DNA of 64,000 bases, from positions 135,015 to 199,014 of the forward strand of contig MU054049.1 of assembly GCA_013239625.1 (NCBI GenBank). Direction: 5' to 3'. The notes beneath the pieces are model-generated. The model was not told the DNA's origin and searched no databases. It worked only from the letters and a program-made list of their open reading frames with translations. The stretch comes from Lama guanicoe. Lineage: Eukaryota. The position numbers and the translations under genes were made by a program. Of the stretch, positions 36,727 to 49,604 are shown piece by piece. Each line of letters opens with the position of its first letter. The first letter of the stretch is position 1.

Positions 36727-37670
36727 GAGGGCAGCTGACTTTCAGTTACTGATCTTGGTCACCAGAAGAAAAGTAACCATGAAATCACAGAAAAGAAAGA
36801 AAGAGAGAGATGGATAGAGATGTGGATATGGATATAGATACATAAATAGATAAATCCCCCCCACACAACCATGACAGTAAGAGTTTCACCCTAAACCTGG
36901 AAGATTTCCTGACCTAGTCCAATTGTACCTTCAGGGAAGAATGTTAGTAAGAATATGTTTGTAGACAACAGACCAAAACCAAGCTGCCCACCTACTTTTT
37001 TTCAACAACTAGCTAGAACAAGAAGAAAGGACTCCCTTCAAAGACAAGCAATGATCAGAAAGAAACTTGCATGGTATCTCTGCAACATATGGAAACTAAC
37101 AAAAGAAGGAAAAGATTAAGACAGAGGGCAAGTAAGAAAAACACACCTGGAGCCTTACGCCATCCAAGCACATGAACTTAGACAAAACGATTCCATGAAA
37201 TCAATACAATTAAAGAAAATGTCCCCTCTCTGAAATAAAAGAGCTCAAAAAAGAGGTATAAGGGCTTGAACTAGAGATAATAAAGCCATGAGACTTTAAA
37301 AATATGAAACTGTAGCAATAAGATTAAAGAGTTTATAGAAAGAAATTTTATGTGAGAGCTATCAAAAAAGAGCCTGGACACTGTTGGATGTGTAGACACT
37401 GACAAAAGAAGAATTGAGGAAATGAAGCAAAATGAAATGGAAAAAAAAATACTGAGCTAAAATGGATTAAAAAAAAGTGAGATCTGACAGACAGACAAAT
37501 GTTGTCTAATATACCAATAATTTATTTTCCTTAATACAATAGCAGATGAAATATTATTGAAAAATAAAAATGTAATAGAAGAAAGTTTTCTGAAATAAAG
37601 GAAGATCTACATTTACCTGAAATTCCATGACCCAGAAAAAAACTGTTAGAGAACAATAAAAAAAATGAGA

Positions 37671-37873
37671 TAAAAATAGATAAAAAACAAATTTCTTCTG
37701 TATAGTATAGGGAACAATATTCAAATATATTGTAATAACCTTTAATGAAAAAGAATATGAAAACAAATACATGTATATATATGCATGACTGGGACATTAC
37801 AGTGTACCTACCCAGAAATTGACACACTGTAACTGACTGTATTTCAATAAAAAAAAATAAATACAGTTTTTGG
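37671..37873 (+). mobile_element. 5'-truncated lineage-specific L1 3' end
   Basis: tatagggaacaatattcaa...ccagaaattgacacactgtaactgac...caataaaaaaaaa; TSD aaaaatgaga (37661-70 / 37874-83). Confidence 0.85.
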
Positions 37874-38239
37874 AAAAATGAGACAGAATATGTAGAGAAA
37901 CAGACACTCTCCTACACTGTTGTTGAAATTGAAAAATGACCCACCACAAATGGAGGGGAATTGGGCCATATCGAATAAAAGTACATAAGCAATTAAAAAA
38001 AAAAAGGAGAGACATTCCTATGGAGACGTTGGAATTAGAATGCAAAGAAAGAACTCTATGGCCACCCAGGTTTTTAAAAAATCAACTCAATTGCAAGGAG
38101 AGAAATTCCCATAACAATGGCTGGGAATTTTCCCAACAGAATCATTCAAAATTAGAAAACAATATGGTAATCTTCAGAGAATTAAACAATGCTTAAGAAT
38201 TAAACCAAATTATGCTGTCATTAAAGAGTAAATAATAAT

Positions 38240-38470
38240 GATGACAATGAGTCATATTTCTGAATTCCAGACTCTGTGTAAGTATCTGTATGTTATCTCA
38301 TCTAATTATCTCAAAAACCCTATGAGGTAGGTACCCTTATCAACCACATTTTAAAGACAATTTTCCTGAGACCTAAGGGAGACGAAGTGACCATCCCAAG
38401 TTCACACAGCTTGAAACGGCAGAACCAGGATTTGAACTCAGGAGCCTGAGTCCAGAGCCTGCTCTCCTAA
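38240..38470 (-). mobile_element. MIR SINE
   Basis: tatctcatctaat...ccctatgaggtaggta...cagaaccaggatttgaactcagg...tccagagcctgctctc. Confidence 0.8.
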
Positions 38471-38655
38471 GTAGTGCCCTATATTTTCAAACATGCAAGA
38501 GCTCAGGAATATAAACCCTTGAAAATCTACCGAAGACAAATGCCTGTGATGCAATGGGAAATGTGTTCAAAAAGGACAGTGGTTTGCACTGAATCCATTT
38601 TTAATATAATACAGGCTCAGTATAGCTGTGGAAAGAATGTTTGTTTAATGAGGTT

Positions 38656-39182
38656 TGGGATTGGCAGCCTCTAAGCTAGCCCAGTGAACCCTGCCTCCTG
38701 GTATTTGTGTCCTTGTGGGATCCCCTCTCCGTGAGTATGGGCTGCACCTGGAAACTTGCTTGTAATGAACAGAAAATGGCAGACATAATGAGATAGCACT
38801 TCTGAGATCAAGTTACAGAAAGACTGTGATTTCTGTCCTGCTCACCTTCTAGTGCTCTGAGCCTTGGGAGCCCTCCATTTGAGGAGCTCACTGCCATGTT
38901 GTGAGCTGCCCTATGGAGAGGCCCATGTTGTGTCTCCAACCAACTGCCAGTGAAGATGTCAAATCCTGCCATCAACCCCATGAGTGAATCTTCCCCAGTT
39001 GAGCCTGGAGATAACAATAGCCCAGGCCGACAGGACACCTTGATTGCAGCCTCCTGAGACACCTTGAATCAGAAGCGGAAAAGCCATGCCTGAATCCAGG
39101 GTGGCAGAAATAGTACTGTAATAAATGTTTGCTATTTTCAGTTTGGGGGTAATTTGTTACACAGCAATAGGTAACTAATACA
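38656..39182 (+). mobile_element. MLT1F-like MaLR solo LTR
   Basis: ttggcagcctctaag...cctgcctcctggtatt...cacttctgagat...gtaatttgttacacagcaataggtaactaataca. Confidence 0.85.
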
Positions 39183-39477
39183 AAATTCAAGCATCTTATC
39201 TCTGTCCCAGTAGCATAAATATCTTTCACAGATTCACCGCTTCACAAAGAATGGCCCTGGTCCCAGAGAGGGGCTGGTCAGATTGTACGTTTGTGTGTAT
39301 TCCAGAGAGACAGGAAGGAACCACCTCAATCAGAGCAACTGCACACACATATTCTGCTTCTAGAAGGTTTGTGTGTTTGTGGGCAGAGGGAGTATATCAG
39401 TGACAGAGAGAGCAGCCACCCACAATGATCATTCACGGTTTCCATGTAGCAACCAAGCCCCTTTGTTTTTAAAAAGC

Positions 39478-40090
39478 TCTTTTTTATTATAAAATAATAC
39501 TCATTATAGACATTTTGGAAAATATGGAAAAGAAAAAATGTTTTGAGTAGTACCACAATTCTAACATTTAAAATTTTTCTTTCTATTTTTTGATGCAACT
39601 TTTTATTTTTACATAGTTGCTGCCAAAAATGAATATAATTTTCTATCTTGTGTGTTTCACGTAATGTTTTTGTAATTTCTGATCTCTTCATAAATTTCAT
39701 CTTAATGACCTAATAGTATTCCATTGGGTGGATGCCTATTTGGGGACATAAAAGTTGTTTCTCTGTGCTTACAGGAGGAGAATTTGGCTTCTGCTTACAA
39801 CTCTTATAAATAATGCTGCAATATATCCCGTGGAGCATTAAGCCTGTGGTGTAGTTTCTTAGAGCAAATTCCCACAAGCGAAAATAATGAGTCAAAATAC
39901 ACACATGGGCCTGGCACAGGATGCCAAATCGTGTTTCGAAAGGGTCAAACTTGTTGACACTTCCACCCACAGTGCAGGGAGGACCCACTTCATCACACAC
40001 TGCCCATCCTTTGAGTATTCCTCCAGAGGAAAGAGATCCTTCTTCAAGAGGCTTTTACTTTTTGTTTCATGGACAACTCATGAGGCTAAA
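39478..40090 (-). mobile_element. L1ME-type 3' relic
   Basis: ttttattataaaataatac...tagtattccattgggtggatg...ataaataatgctgca. Confidence 0.6.
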
Positions 40091-41937
40091 CCTTTCCCTC
40101 TGTGTTCTTTCACATGTTTTGCAACCATATAATTATCTTTTTCTGTCCTGGTGTACGAATTCACATGATCCCAGTCTTCAGCCCCCAGCCTCCAGCCCCT
40201 GGCCCAGTTTTATTCTGCTCAGTTTTTCAGCTCTCAAGTTCAGGCATCATCCATCCCACCTCAGTCCTGGTCAGTTTTCTGATTGCCCTAGGAGACCCCC
40301 TCGAATGAGATCTGTTCCTCATTTAATAAGGCCTCCATGAGGTCAGGGAGGGCTGTGTGTTGCTCTCCATGTATCTGCTGTGTCTACACAGGGTCCTCGC
40401 CCTGTCTGTGCTCCGTGTTGGGGAATGTGTCTCTTCATCCTGGTGGTATCTGATGAGACCTCTGAATTGTTCTTTCCAGCTTTATGTCTTGGCTTCAGGC
40501 TCTGGTTCTGTAAATGTGTGACTGATAGCTCGCTACAGATGTTACCCCAATCCTCTTCCATTTCCTGACAAAATCAGTCTTTCTGGGCCACAGGAATCTC
40601 TAATCCCTTCTCCAGAGCCTGCCCCCCGCCCCCATCCCTCCACACATCACTGCTCAGTTAATCCACTAGGGAAGCCTGTCTGCCTTGAGAATTTAGTAAC
40701 CGAGATGATCACATTTATCAGTTAGTTAAAGGCTTCATTTACCCCTGCCCTGAGGCGTGCACAGAGAGTCGTTTTCTTGGGCAAACTTAATTATTGCATC
40801 AGAAGAAAAAACATGTTCTCATGTTAGTCTTGGGGAGGGCACAGGAGTCGGCAAGGCTTCCTGTAATTTTCACTACCAGTAATGACATTTTTCCACCATC
40901 CTGAATTCATCGGGTTATTTTTACGCTTTTTACATCCCTTGTCTAAATGGTGACAGAATTTATCAAGGGCCGTCTTGATAGCACTTTTTATATAATTCAG
41001 GGAATTGTCGGGAATTTTGAAAGTTCACCCAGTCCATGCCTCCTTGACTCTCTGGCTACAGAGCCACGGCTAAATCCTCTGACCGTTAGAAATCTCATTG
41101 ATCAAGATTTGCAGAGAACTGGCTTTCGCTAGAGCAGCCATTCTGTGGTTTAGAAGCTCTCCAGACCAGAAAGGCCACCCCCATCCAACCATCCATCCGG
41201 CCTTTGGAACAGCAGGTGTGATATAAGACTGCCGATTTAGTGGCATAGCTCTCAACCTGGGCTGGGCACAGAAGTCACCTGGGGAGCGTTCAAGGTCCCA
41301 GTGCTCATGTCACACAGGATCAATTAAGTCAGACTCCAGGGATGGAGCCAGAAATCTGTGTCGATTAATGACGCTGAGGCAAAACCAGCTTGGAGACTCG
41401 TGTCTCCGTCTCTTCTAATTCATCCAATGCATCACCTAGAAGGGACATTAAGGATTTTAAAGGTTTGTGGTTCCCACCTCTGACTGAACATTAGAAGCAC
41501 CTGGAAAGATTAAACAGTCTGACAAAGACCAGCCCCATCGCCATGAGTTGGTCAAGAGCCTGGCTACTTTTGGAGAGCTCCTGGGGCTCTCTGTCCAGGG
41601 CTGAGGGTCACCCCATCTACGTTTATGAGCTCCTCTGGCTCCAAGCTTTCAGAGGAACTAAGGAGGGTGCCAAGAAATATTTACATATGCAGGAGCATCT
41701 ATTTTGCAAGCGGCTTGCAGAGAGATGCCTTGAGGCCCATGAGATAAAGTAGTGGTTCCTGAAGCCTGACTTATTTCTACCAGTTCCTTTATAAAATGGA
41801 CAGCAAATGCCTGGAGAGGTCCACTGACTTGGCCAGGACCAGGACTCAGTGGCAGCAGCCTATTGGGATCCCGAGTTCTGCCCTCAGACAGCAGCTCTTC
41901 CCGTATCGATATGGATGTTCAGCGTCTCATTAGCTGG

Positions 41938-42382
41938 TGTGGTAGCCGGAGGCAGGGCCCCCAAAAGACATCCAGGTCCTAATCCCTGGAATCTCTGAAT
42001 GTGAATTTACATGCAAAAGCAAGATCTTTCCAGAGGTGATTAGGTTAAGGATCTTGAGATGGAGAGTTTATTTTGGATTATCAGGGTGAGTCTTGTATGC
42101 AAACGCAAGTGTTTATAAATTCTCCCCCTGTAAGCGGCAGGGGGAGAATTTACACACAGAGGAGTGGGTGATGTGATGACTGAGCAGAAAGAGATGTGAA
42201 GATGTTGGCCTTAGAGACTGCAGTGATGCGGCCACAAGCCGAGGAAGCTGACAGCCACCTGAGAGAGGCCAGTAACAAATACTCCCCTTGCATCTTTTTG
42301 ATTTCAGACTTCTGGCTTCCAGTGCTGACAGAGAATAGCGTCTATTGTTTGTTTTGTTACAGCAGCCATAGGAAACTGATAC
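41938..42382 (+). mobile_element. MLT1D MaLR solo LTR
   Basis: tgtggtag...gtcctaatccctggaa...ttaaggatcttgagatgg...gtgatgcggccacaagcc...ttgttacagcagccataggaaactgataca. Confidence 0.88.
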
Positions 42383-42906
42383 ATCTAGATAATGAAACTT
42401 TTGGGCTATGAAATGGAATGTGGAATCTATGCCTATGGGACTAGTTCTAACCCACACTTCCCCGAGATGCCAATTCAGAGAGGCAAAGTTAAACCTAAAC
42501 CTGGGGTTCAGAGCTTCCCACAGCATCCCCTAAATTTGTGTTCTGGCCTTCCTGTTGCTTTTCTGGGCCTTTCAGAGAGCATCCCTCATCACCTGGACAC
42601 AAGACACTGGCCTCTTCTGTCCTGGTCTACACGTCTGGAAGGTGTGTGGACCCAGGACATGCTCGGCCTCTGCTGTGGTCCTTAAGGAATGAGAACTGTT
42701 GCCATTTTTTTTCTTACAACTGAGCCCAGGCTCAGTGATGTCCTGGCCAGGCATGGCTGGGAGGGGAAGGGCTTCACAGGGTCCTCTGCTGCCCGCTGTG
42801 ACCCCCCTTCCTGTAGTCTCGAACTTACCAGGACTTCCACCCTCCAACCCGCCCCCTGCTTACTGACCAAACACACATGTTGGATTCACCCATTAAGAAC
42901 AATTGG

Positions 42907-43027
42907 CGGGGGGAGGGTATATAGCTCAGTGGTAGAGTACATGCTTAGTATCCACAAGGTCCTGAGTTCAATCCCCAGTACCTCCATTAGAATAAATAAA
43001 TAAATGAACCTAATTACCTCCCCAAAA
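42907..43027 (+). mobile_element. vic-1 type SINE, full length
   Basis: A box tagctcagtgg, B box gagttcaatccc, (TAAA)n, cctaattacctcccc tail; 12-bp TSD aagaacaattgg / aagagcaattgg. Confidence 0.92.
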
Positions 43028-43114
43028 AAGAGCAATTGGAGTTTCATCCTTCAGAGCTCAGCTCAGACATCGTTTTCTCTGAAAGCTTCCCTGACCTCCC
43101 AGACTAGGTCACTG

Positions 43115-43310
43115 GGTCGTGCAGGGTCCCAGCAGGAAACAGATGGTGTATTTAAATTGGGTAATTGGATGAGGGTTTAATGAAGGGGCTGCCTACAAAG
43201 TATGGACCAGGGTTATAAGAAGCCTTGAGGGGCAGGGCGGTTCTCTGAACCAGTGGGGTAAATCATGGGAAGTGGGGGGACCCTACCTCTCTTAGCCAGA
43301 GGTTCTCAGC
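43115..43310 (-). mobile_element. LTR33-like ERVL LTR fragment
   Basis: cagggtcccagcaggaaacagatgg...aaattgggtaatt...tttaatgaagggg. Confidence 0.65.
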
Positions 43311-44642
43311 ACCTGGATGCAGTGGGAAGACAGGAGCAGAGCATGTGCTGGGATGGGAGGCAGGTATGAGCTGCGGGTGAGGGTGAGACAGGGAGTTAGG
43401 AGCAACCTGAGGCAAGTGCGGAGCTTGTGTGGGGCCTCAGGAGGATCATGCCACTTTCCCAGCTCAGGGAAGATTCTGGAAAAGGCCCTGAAGAGAAACT
43501 GTGTCTGCTGAGACCAGCAGACTTGCTCCTTAAGTGAGTGAACTCAAGGACAGGGCGACCTTGAGGCCCCCAGCTGCAGGTAGGTCCCTGATATTTCTCT
43601 ACTGTCTCCAGGTTCTTTGGGTCTGACTCACTGTAACAGCTTCAAGGTCTAACACAGGTGTCCTTGATCCCACCTGCCCACTGAAGTTACACAGAAAGCT
43701 CTAGAAAAGGATACTCATCCTGGGACCCCTCCCGCAGAGATAAGTATAAACTAGGCTGGGGTGAGAGTGGAGGGGTTGGCAGTTTTTAAACCTCTTTGGT
43801 GATTTGCGTGTACAGCTGGGATTTGAGGACCATTAGTCAAAGGAATGTCTAAACGGGGAAGCAAACGCTGCTTCTCATGTTCCAGCCTATTAGGAGGAAG
43901 ACACTATTCCAAAGTCTGTTCCTTCTGCCTTGGAAAACAAAGCACTGTTTTTAGATCTTTTTTTTTTTTTAAGCCAATGGTCTCCTGCGGAATTGAGTGC
44001 TTGTGGATTCCAGAGAGGAGCGAAGGCTGAGCAGTGGCTTTCCTCCTATTGGAACATCAGCTTGGGGGAGCAGGTGGACTTTCTGCAGGGTCACTGAGCT
44101 GGGCTTGGGAGGGAAGCTTCGACTGCACCCTTGAGAGCTTTAGAAAAACGTCCCCATGAGATATTAAATGTCATCACTTTCAATTGCCATAAATATTGTA
44201 TAATATATAACTTGGAATACTTTTAAAAGCCACATGAGAGATCATCTGAAGACGTGTGGACAGAGCGTCATGCACAGATATACACACTGGAAACCACCTA
44301 CTTTAGCAAGGAGGGAAGGAGATGATGCTGCGTAACGAAACTCAATGGGGAGGAGAGTTGGTGACAGGGAGATTAGGTACAAAGCAATATAAAGTCCGTA
44401 CCTAAAATACTATCTCGACTGTGTAAAATACAAGGAAACAGTCCACAATTTTCAAATATTTTTTGAGTATTGGAGTCCCTCAAACATGAGTTCATAGTAT
44501 TAGCATATGAATTATTCTTTTCCTTTTCCCTGTGTTTTAGTGTTTCCTGGATGATACAACCGGCATATATTATTTTCATAATCAGAAAGGAAATTTTCCC
44601 CAAAAAGTCAGTGGAGTCTCAAGTTGCTTTACTCCCAGGAGG

Positions 44643-44839
44643 CAGGGTTTTCTATATCTAGCAAATGAAAAGATAGGATGTTGTTTGCATTTGAATTTCA
44701 GATAAATGACCTTTTTTTTTTTTTTAGTATATAGATTTCCCAAACATTTCATGGGGCCATACTTAAACTAAAAAGTTATTCATTACTTACCTGAAATCAC
44801 ATTTAACTAGGCATCCTTTTAATTTATCTGGCAGCTCTA
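44643..44839. mobile_element. MER53 palindromic hAT MITE
   Basis: tagcaaat...atttgaatttcagataaa...ttttagtat...catactta.actaaaaa...ctgaaat...atttaact...ttatctggca; near-palindromic. Confidence 0.85.
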
Positions 44840-47579
44840 GCTGGAGGAGAAGGTGAGCAGGCTCAGGCTAGGTGGGGAGAATTTTCCAGCATGTGCCACT
44901 GAGAGCTCCCAGGGTACCCAGGACAAGGGCTGTGCTTATTTCTGCTCGAGGTGTTGGAGGGCTCTGTCCACGCAGCAGCCACACTCTCTCCAGGGATCTC
45001 CGATCACTGTCTCATTTCCTTGACTAACATGCAGCTCCTTCCTTGTATGCATCTATTTCATGCAAATTGTAGCTGTAATGTTTATTCCCATTGTATGTTT
45101 AAATTCTCAATAGGCATCATACTCTTAATCACAAATGTGGAATTGTGTCTCTGCTGGGTTACCCAGCAAGTGTCAGCTTCTTAGCACGTCTCTGGGGTGA
45201 GGCTATTCTGAGCCCTATTCCTTGAGTGGGAAAACTGATGCTCAGAGAGAAGGTTAGAAACCTGTTCAAGGTCACACAGCAGAGCTCACTGTCCCATCTC
45301 AAGTCTGCACAGAGAAGCATTTCTCTATCACATCACCATTTTATCACTTATCCTCTGAAGCAATGTTGTGAGGTAACTATTGGGATGAGAAAGCTAAGAT
45401 TCCTTGGGCTCCCTCCCCATCCCAGAATGATTTAATTCCATTGGTCTCTTCTTATCTTTCTCCCATCTTCCCTCTCTCTCCCTGTCCCCGATTTTCTCCC
45501 CCACCCTCCCCTTCCCTCTGTTCCCCTTTCTCTTCTCCTTCCTCCATCTTTCCCCTTTCCCACAAATAGCTGCAATGAAGGCTTTTGGAATCTTCTAGGT
45601 CTGTTAGACTCCTCTCACCTGCTCTGGAACCTCAGGCAAGTCACAAGAGCTTCCTGTGCTTTGGCGTTCTCACCTGGAAGAGCAATCCTGACTCATGAGC
45701 TTGGCTCTTAGTGGTAAAACCATGCCCGCTAGGGTTCTGGCATACTAAGGTGAGTTTCAGCAAATAGTCCTTCAAAAGCATCTTTCCCCTCACTCTCCAT
45801 GGCTTTAACTGCTGATGAAAGACCCCAATTAAATCAAGCAAAGCTGTGCAGCGTGTCTTTGAATCCCTGGCTTGACTTCTTACTCATCTAACTTTGCCAG
45901 AAAGAGCCAAGATCATGATTTTTAAGAAAAACTCCTACGTATATCTAATTATACTTATTTCTTGGTGAGATCCTTAAACTGAAGTTTTGCTATGAAGAAA
46001 TTGCTTCTCATTTTTTTCTCATTTTTTCTTACCCTCTCAGCCCCTTCAAGGTCTTCCACCAAACCAAGTCCTAAAACTTTCTTGGAAGTCCAGAAAATTA
46101 AGTGAAACAAGAGCACTGCGGAAACCTAAGAATATATTAAATGGTCTGGCACAAATTACTAAAAACCTCTTTGCTTGTAAAAGAAAAATAAAGATTCAGT
46201 TCATTCAAACAAGGAGAGCTCTGTGGAGGAAGCATACATTTTCCATTTGACTTCAACACCTCCAAATGTCCTAAGCAGATAGTGAGAAGCCCGTATGCAC
46301 ACGCTGTCTACACGTGTGGGGTAAGGGAGAGCGATGCCCGGCGCGGGGCTGAATCCCCCCAGCAGCAGTGAGAAACAGAGGAGGAGGAAACAGGCACTGA
46401 GAGGTCCAACGACTGGCCCAGAGTCACTCAGCCAGCGAGTGTGATGCGGAACCTGACCCTGGGCACTGAGGTTTCCACCACGTGGTTCCACCTCGGAAGT
46501 CAAGCAAAGGATGAGGTCAGAACTGACCCCACGAACCTACAGTTGGCCACAAACTCACCTTTCATGCTCCCCCTCACCACTCTGGGGAAACCCCTGAAGA
46601 CTTCCCATCACCTTCATTGTCATCCTTGGGCCCTGGCTCCATTCCTACCTGCCTCTCTCAAGACCAATTACATATTTTCCAGCTTCGGCATGAGGAAAGG
46701 TGTAAAGATCATAGATTCCAACCAAAATAAGCTGTATTTGAATGCCTCACATGACCTGCATGACCTGGAGCCAGTTATCTGAACTCTAGGACTTTGTTTT
46801 CTCATCTGCAAAGTGGGTACATTCATTGTAACTTCCTGGGCTGTTGGAAAGATTAACTCCACACTGAGGATGCTGAACAACCTCTTTCTGTTCATTGCAG
46901 ACTCCATCCTCCATCTACTCCCAGCCTCAAAATGCTCCAGATTCAGAACCCTGGATGATTGGGAAAAGGGGACATGTGAAGAAAGCTGGCGTGCAGAGGC
47001 CAACAGCATCCCTCTCTTGGCACAAAAGAATACATCTCTAGTCCTGAGAATCAGCCTTGAGTGAGAATATGTGAAGGGCGGAATCATGTGCAGGGATCTT
47101 CGGTGTCTCCCTGGACTCAAGGAGAAGCCCAAGTCAGGACAGGGAGGGAGGCTTGTCTCACAATTAAAGATCAACTCATCAACCAGGTGAATGCTCCCCG
47201 GCGCTCAAGTACACATCAGGAGGCTCATGGAAAAGTGAAACCCTGGTGATACCTAGGGATGGTGATATGGCCAGTTCAGGTGACAGACACCCAGAGCTCT
47301 GTGTGGGCAGGGGAGCTTTGGATTATTCCCTGGCCTCAGCCAGAAGGAAATGGCCATGCCAGGCATCTTGTGCCCGTGTTCCTGCCGCTGGCCTGGCTCC
47401 CCACCCAGCCCGCAGCCCTCTGCCAAGGACTGAAGTCACGGCCACCTCGTCTTCCAAGGCCTGCTCTGTGGCTGTGCCAGGAGCTGGGCATGAGCTCCCT
47501 TTCATTTATTTGGAGAGGATGAATTATGCCAGGGTCGTGCTAACCATCATTTAGAGATTATTTTTGGACCCAGAAAACT

Positions 47580-47765
47580 CTTTAGCGGCCGGCACTGGAG
47601 GTTACACAGCGACTATGGGAGTGAGACTCTTGGACACTCCGAACAGACCTGCCAAGGCGAGGTCGTCATTAAACAGCGCACTGGGGACCGCGTTTATAGA
47701 CTCGCCTTTGGAATCCGCTGCGCTGAGCGTGCCGAGTCTCCAGCCAGGATGGGGCGGACTCTGCT
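47580..47765. promoter_or_regulatory. Short CpG-dense patch with GC box
   Basis: About 15 CpGs in ~180 bp; ggggcggac near 47751. Confidence 0.35.
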
Positions 47766-48247
47766 AGGGCAGGACTCACCCTCATTTATGTTGGGATGGT
47801 GCTCGGGGGTGGACTGATGGAAGGAAAAGGAGCAGGATCCAGAAACACCTACTGCCTCGGAATACCTGGCCCCAAACGTTTCAAAAGTCTAGGTGTTTTT
47901 TTTTTAACTCTCTGCTGCCAAGCACTGACTGGCTCCTGGACCCCCATGGCTGGTTCCCGTGTGCTTTGTGTGTTTCCATCTTCATGATGAGAGCCTCAGC
48001 TACAGGCTTTCAAAGATGCTCAGAGGCCCTCCACAGGCCTCCGCTCTACCCTGCGAGCATTGCATGGGCACACTCACGGGGGATGCTGATGGATAAGGAA
48101 GAACCCCAGGGAAGCTTCCTTAGAAACAGAAGAACAGGCTTTTATTCTTCCAACCTCCAAGGACTTTCAAAGTTTGAGGGGCCCTTAGAGACAATCCCAG
48201 CCAGTGACTAACTTTTTTGACTGAATCCATTGTAAGAATTATATATC

Positions 48248-48642
48248 TGTGTTAGTTTGCTAGGGCTGTTGTAATGAAATGCCAGATGGGGGACTTTGGG
48301 GACAGAAATTTATTTCACATGGTTCTGGAGGCTAAAGAAGTCCGAGATCAAAGTGTCGGCAGGGTTGGTTTCTCTGCAGCCTCTCTCCTTGGCTCGTGGA
48401 TGGCTGCCTCCCTGCTGTGTCCCCACATGGTCTCTCCTCTGCACGTGTGCCCCAGTGCCTCCTTGGGAAGCCAGGTTTCCTCTTCTTATAGACTGCAGGC
48501 AGGTTGGATTAGGGCCCACCTTAATGGCCTCACTTAATCACCACTTTCAAGGTCCCATCTCCAAAATACAGTCACATTCTAAAATACTGGCTGTTTGGGC
48601 TTCAACGTATGAATTTTGAGGGACACAAATTAGCCTGTTAAC
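48248..48642 (-). mobile_element. MLT1A/B MaLR solo LTR
   Basis: tgtgttagtttgctagggctg...acagaaatttattt...gttctggaggct...ttggattagggcccacc...gcttcaacgtatgaattttg. Confidence 0.88.
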
Positions 48643-49604
48643 AGCATTCAAACTTGTCACATAAAGGTAATGGAAGTATAAGAATCAGTACTTACCGTTA
48701 CCATGTGTCAGGCAATTTGATCTTGGCGATTCCACTCTATTTAAAAATAGAATTCTATTCTGTTAAAAATATAATGCTGGTTATGACCTACCAAAATGAT
48801 TTCACAACCACACTAATGGCTGCAACCCGCCTATTTTCAAACTATGATCGAAGCCAAACACTGTAAGGACCTATTTCAACACTAAGGAGATAAGCCACAC
48901 TGATCAAGTCCAAAGGCTTTATCTTAATGACAGGGGAGCTGAGACCGTGGGTGGACTTGAGCAGGCCTGGCCAGGGAATGCTGGTTATGCCAGTGACTCA
49001 GAGCTGGGAACTTGGGGATCTGGGCTTCTTCCAGAAAGAGGAATGACAAGCAAGGTCAGGATACAGGGGAACTGAGAACAGTGTCTGAGACACAGTGTGG
49101 CGGGTCAAGATAGTGGGAACAAATCTGTTTTCATTCAAAAAGCAAAGATGGGGGCTGGAGGAGAAGGATCTCCCCAAGAGGTCAGAGTCTGGACAGATGT
49201 AGGGATGGAGAGACAAGCCAGGAAAGAGGTGCCGGAGAGAATCCTAAAGAAAGTCACAGCTTGTCTCTACCGGGGGCTGCTGGGTGGGCCAGGGGGTCCG
49301 TCTCTGCCTGCTGAGAACTAGAACAAGTGTTGTCTTCAAGAATATCTCATCTTATTAGCTTTTTGCTAAAGCACCAGGAGGAATTCTGGTTGTGCCTAGC
49401 ATGACAGGACATCCTGTAGCAGCAGTGCTCGGACACCCGACACTTAAATACTCCTGGAGAGCAAGGGGAGAAGTCTTCAACTTCCAGAAAATCATCCAAG
49501 TAGATCAAGCTGTAGAGAAAGTCATTCTTAAAAGTCTGAAATGATCATCCTAGTGCTTTGCTAATTTCCTTCCTAAAACATAGATATAATTGACACAATC
49601 ACTT

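Larger units (their letters stand above)
35880..38540 (+). mobile_element. HAL1/L1 ORF1-region relic, repeatedly interrupted
   Basis: A-rich ORF1-like decay (aaagaaagaactctatgg..., ttttcaaacatgcaagagctcaggaata); interrupted by an LTR, L1 fragments and a MIR. Confidence 0.6.

Noticed and set aside
42907..42985. tRNA-Ala-like sequences (also at ~13.5, 19.2, 22.1 and 25.1 kb)
   Set aside because: SINE heads with AT-rich tails, TSDs and disrupted stems; not tRNA genes.
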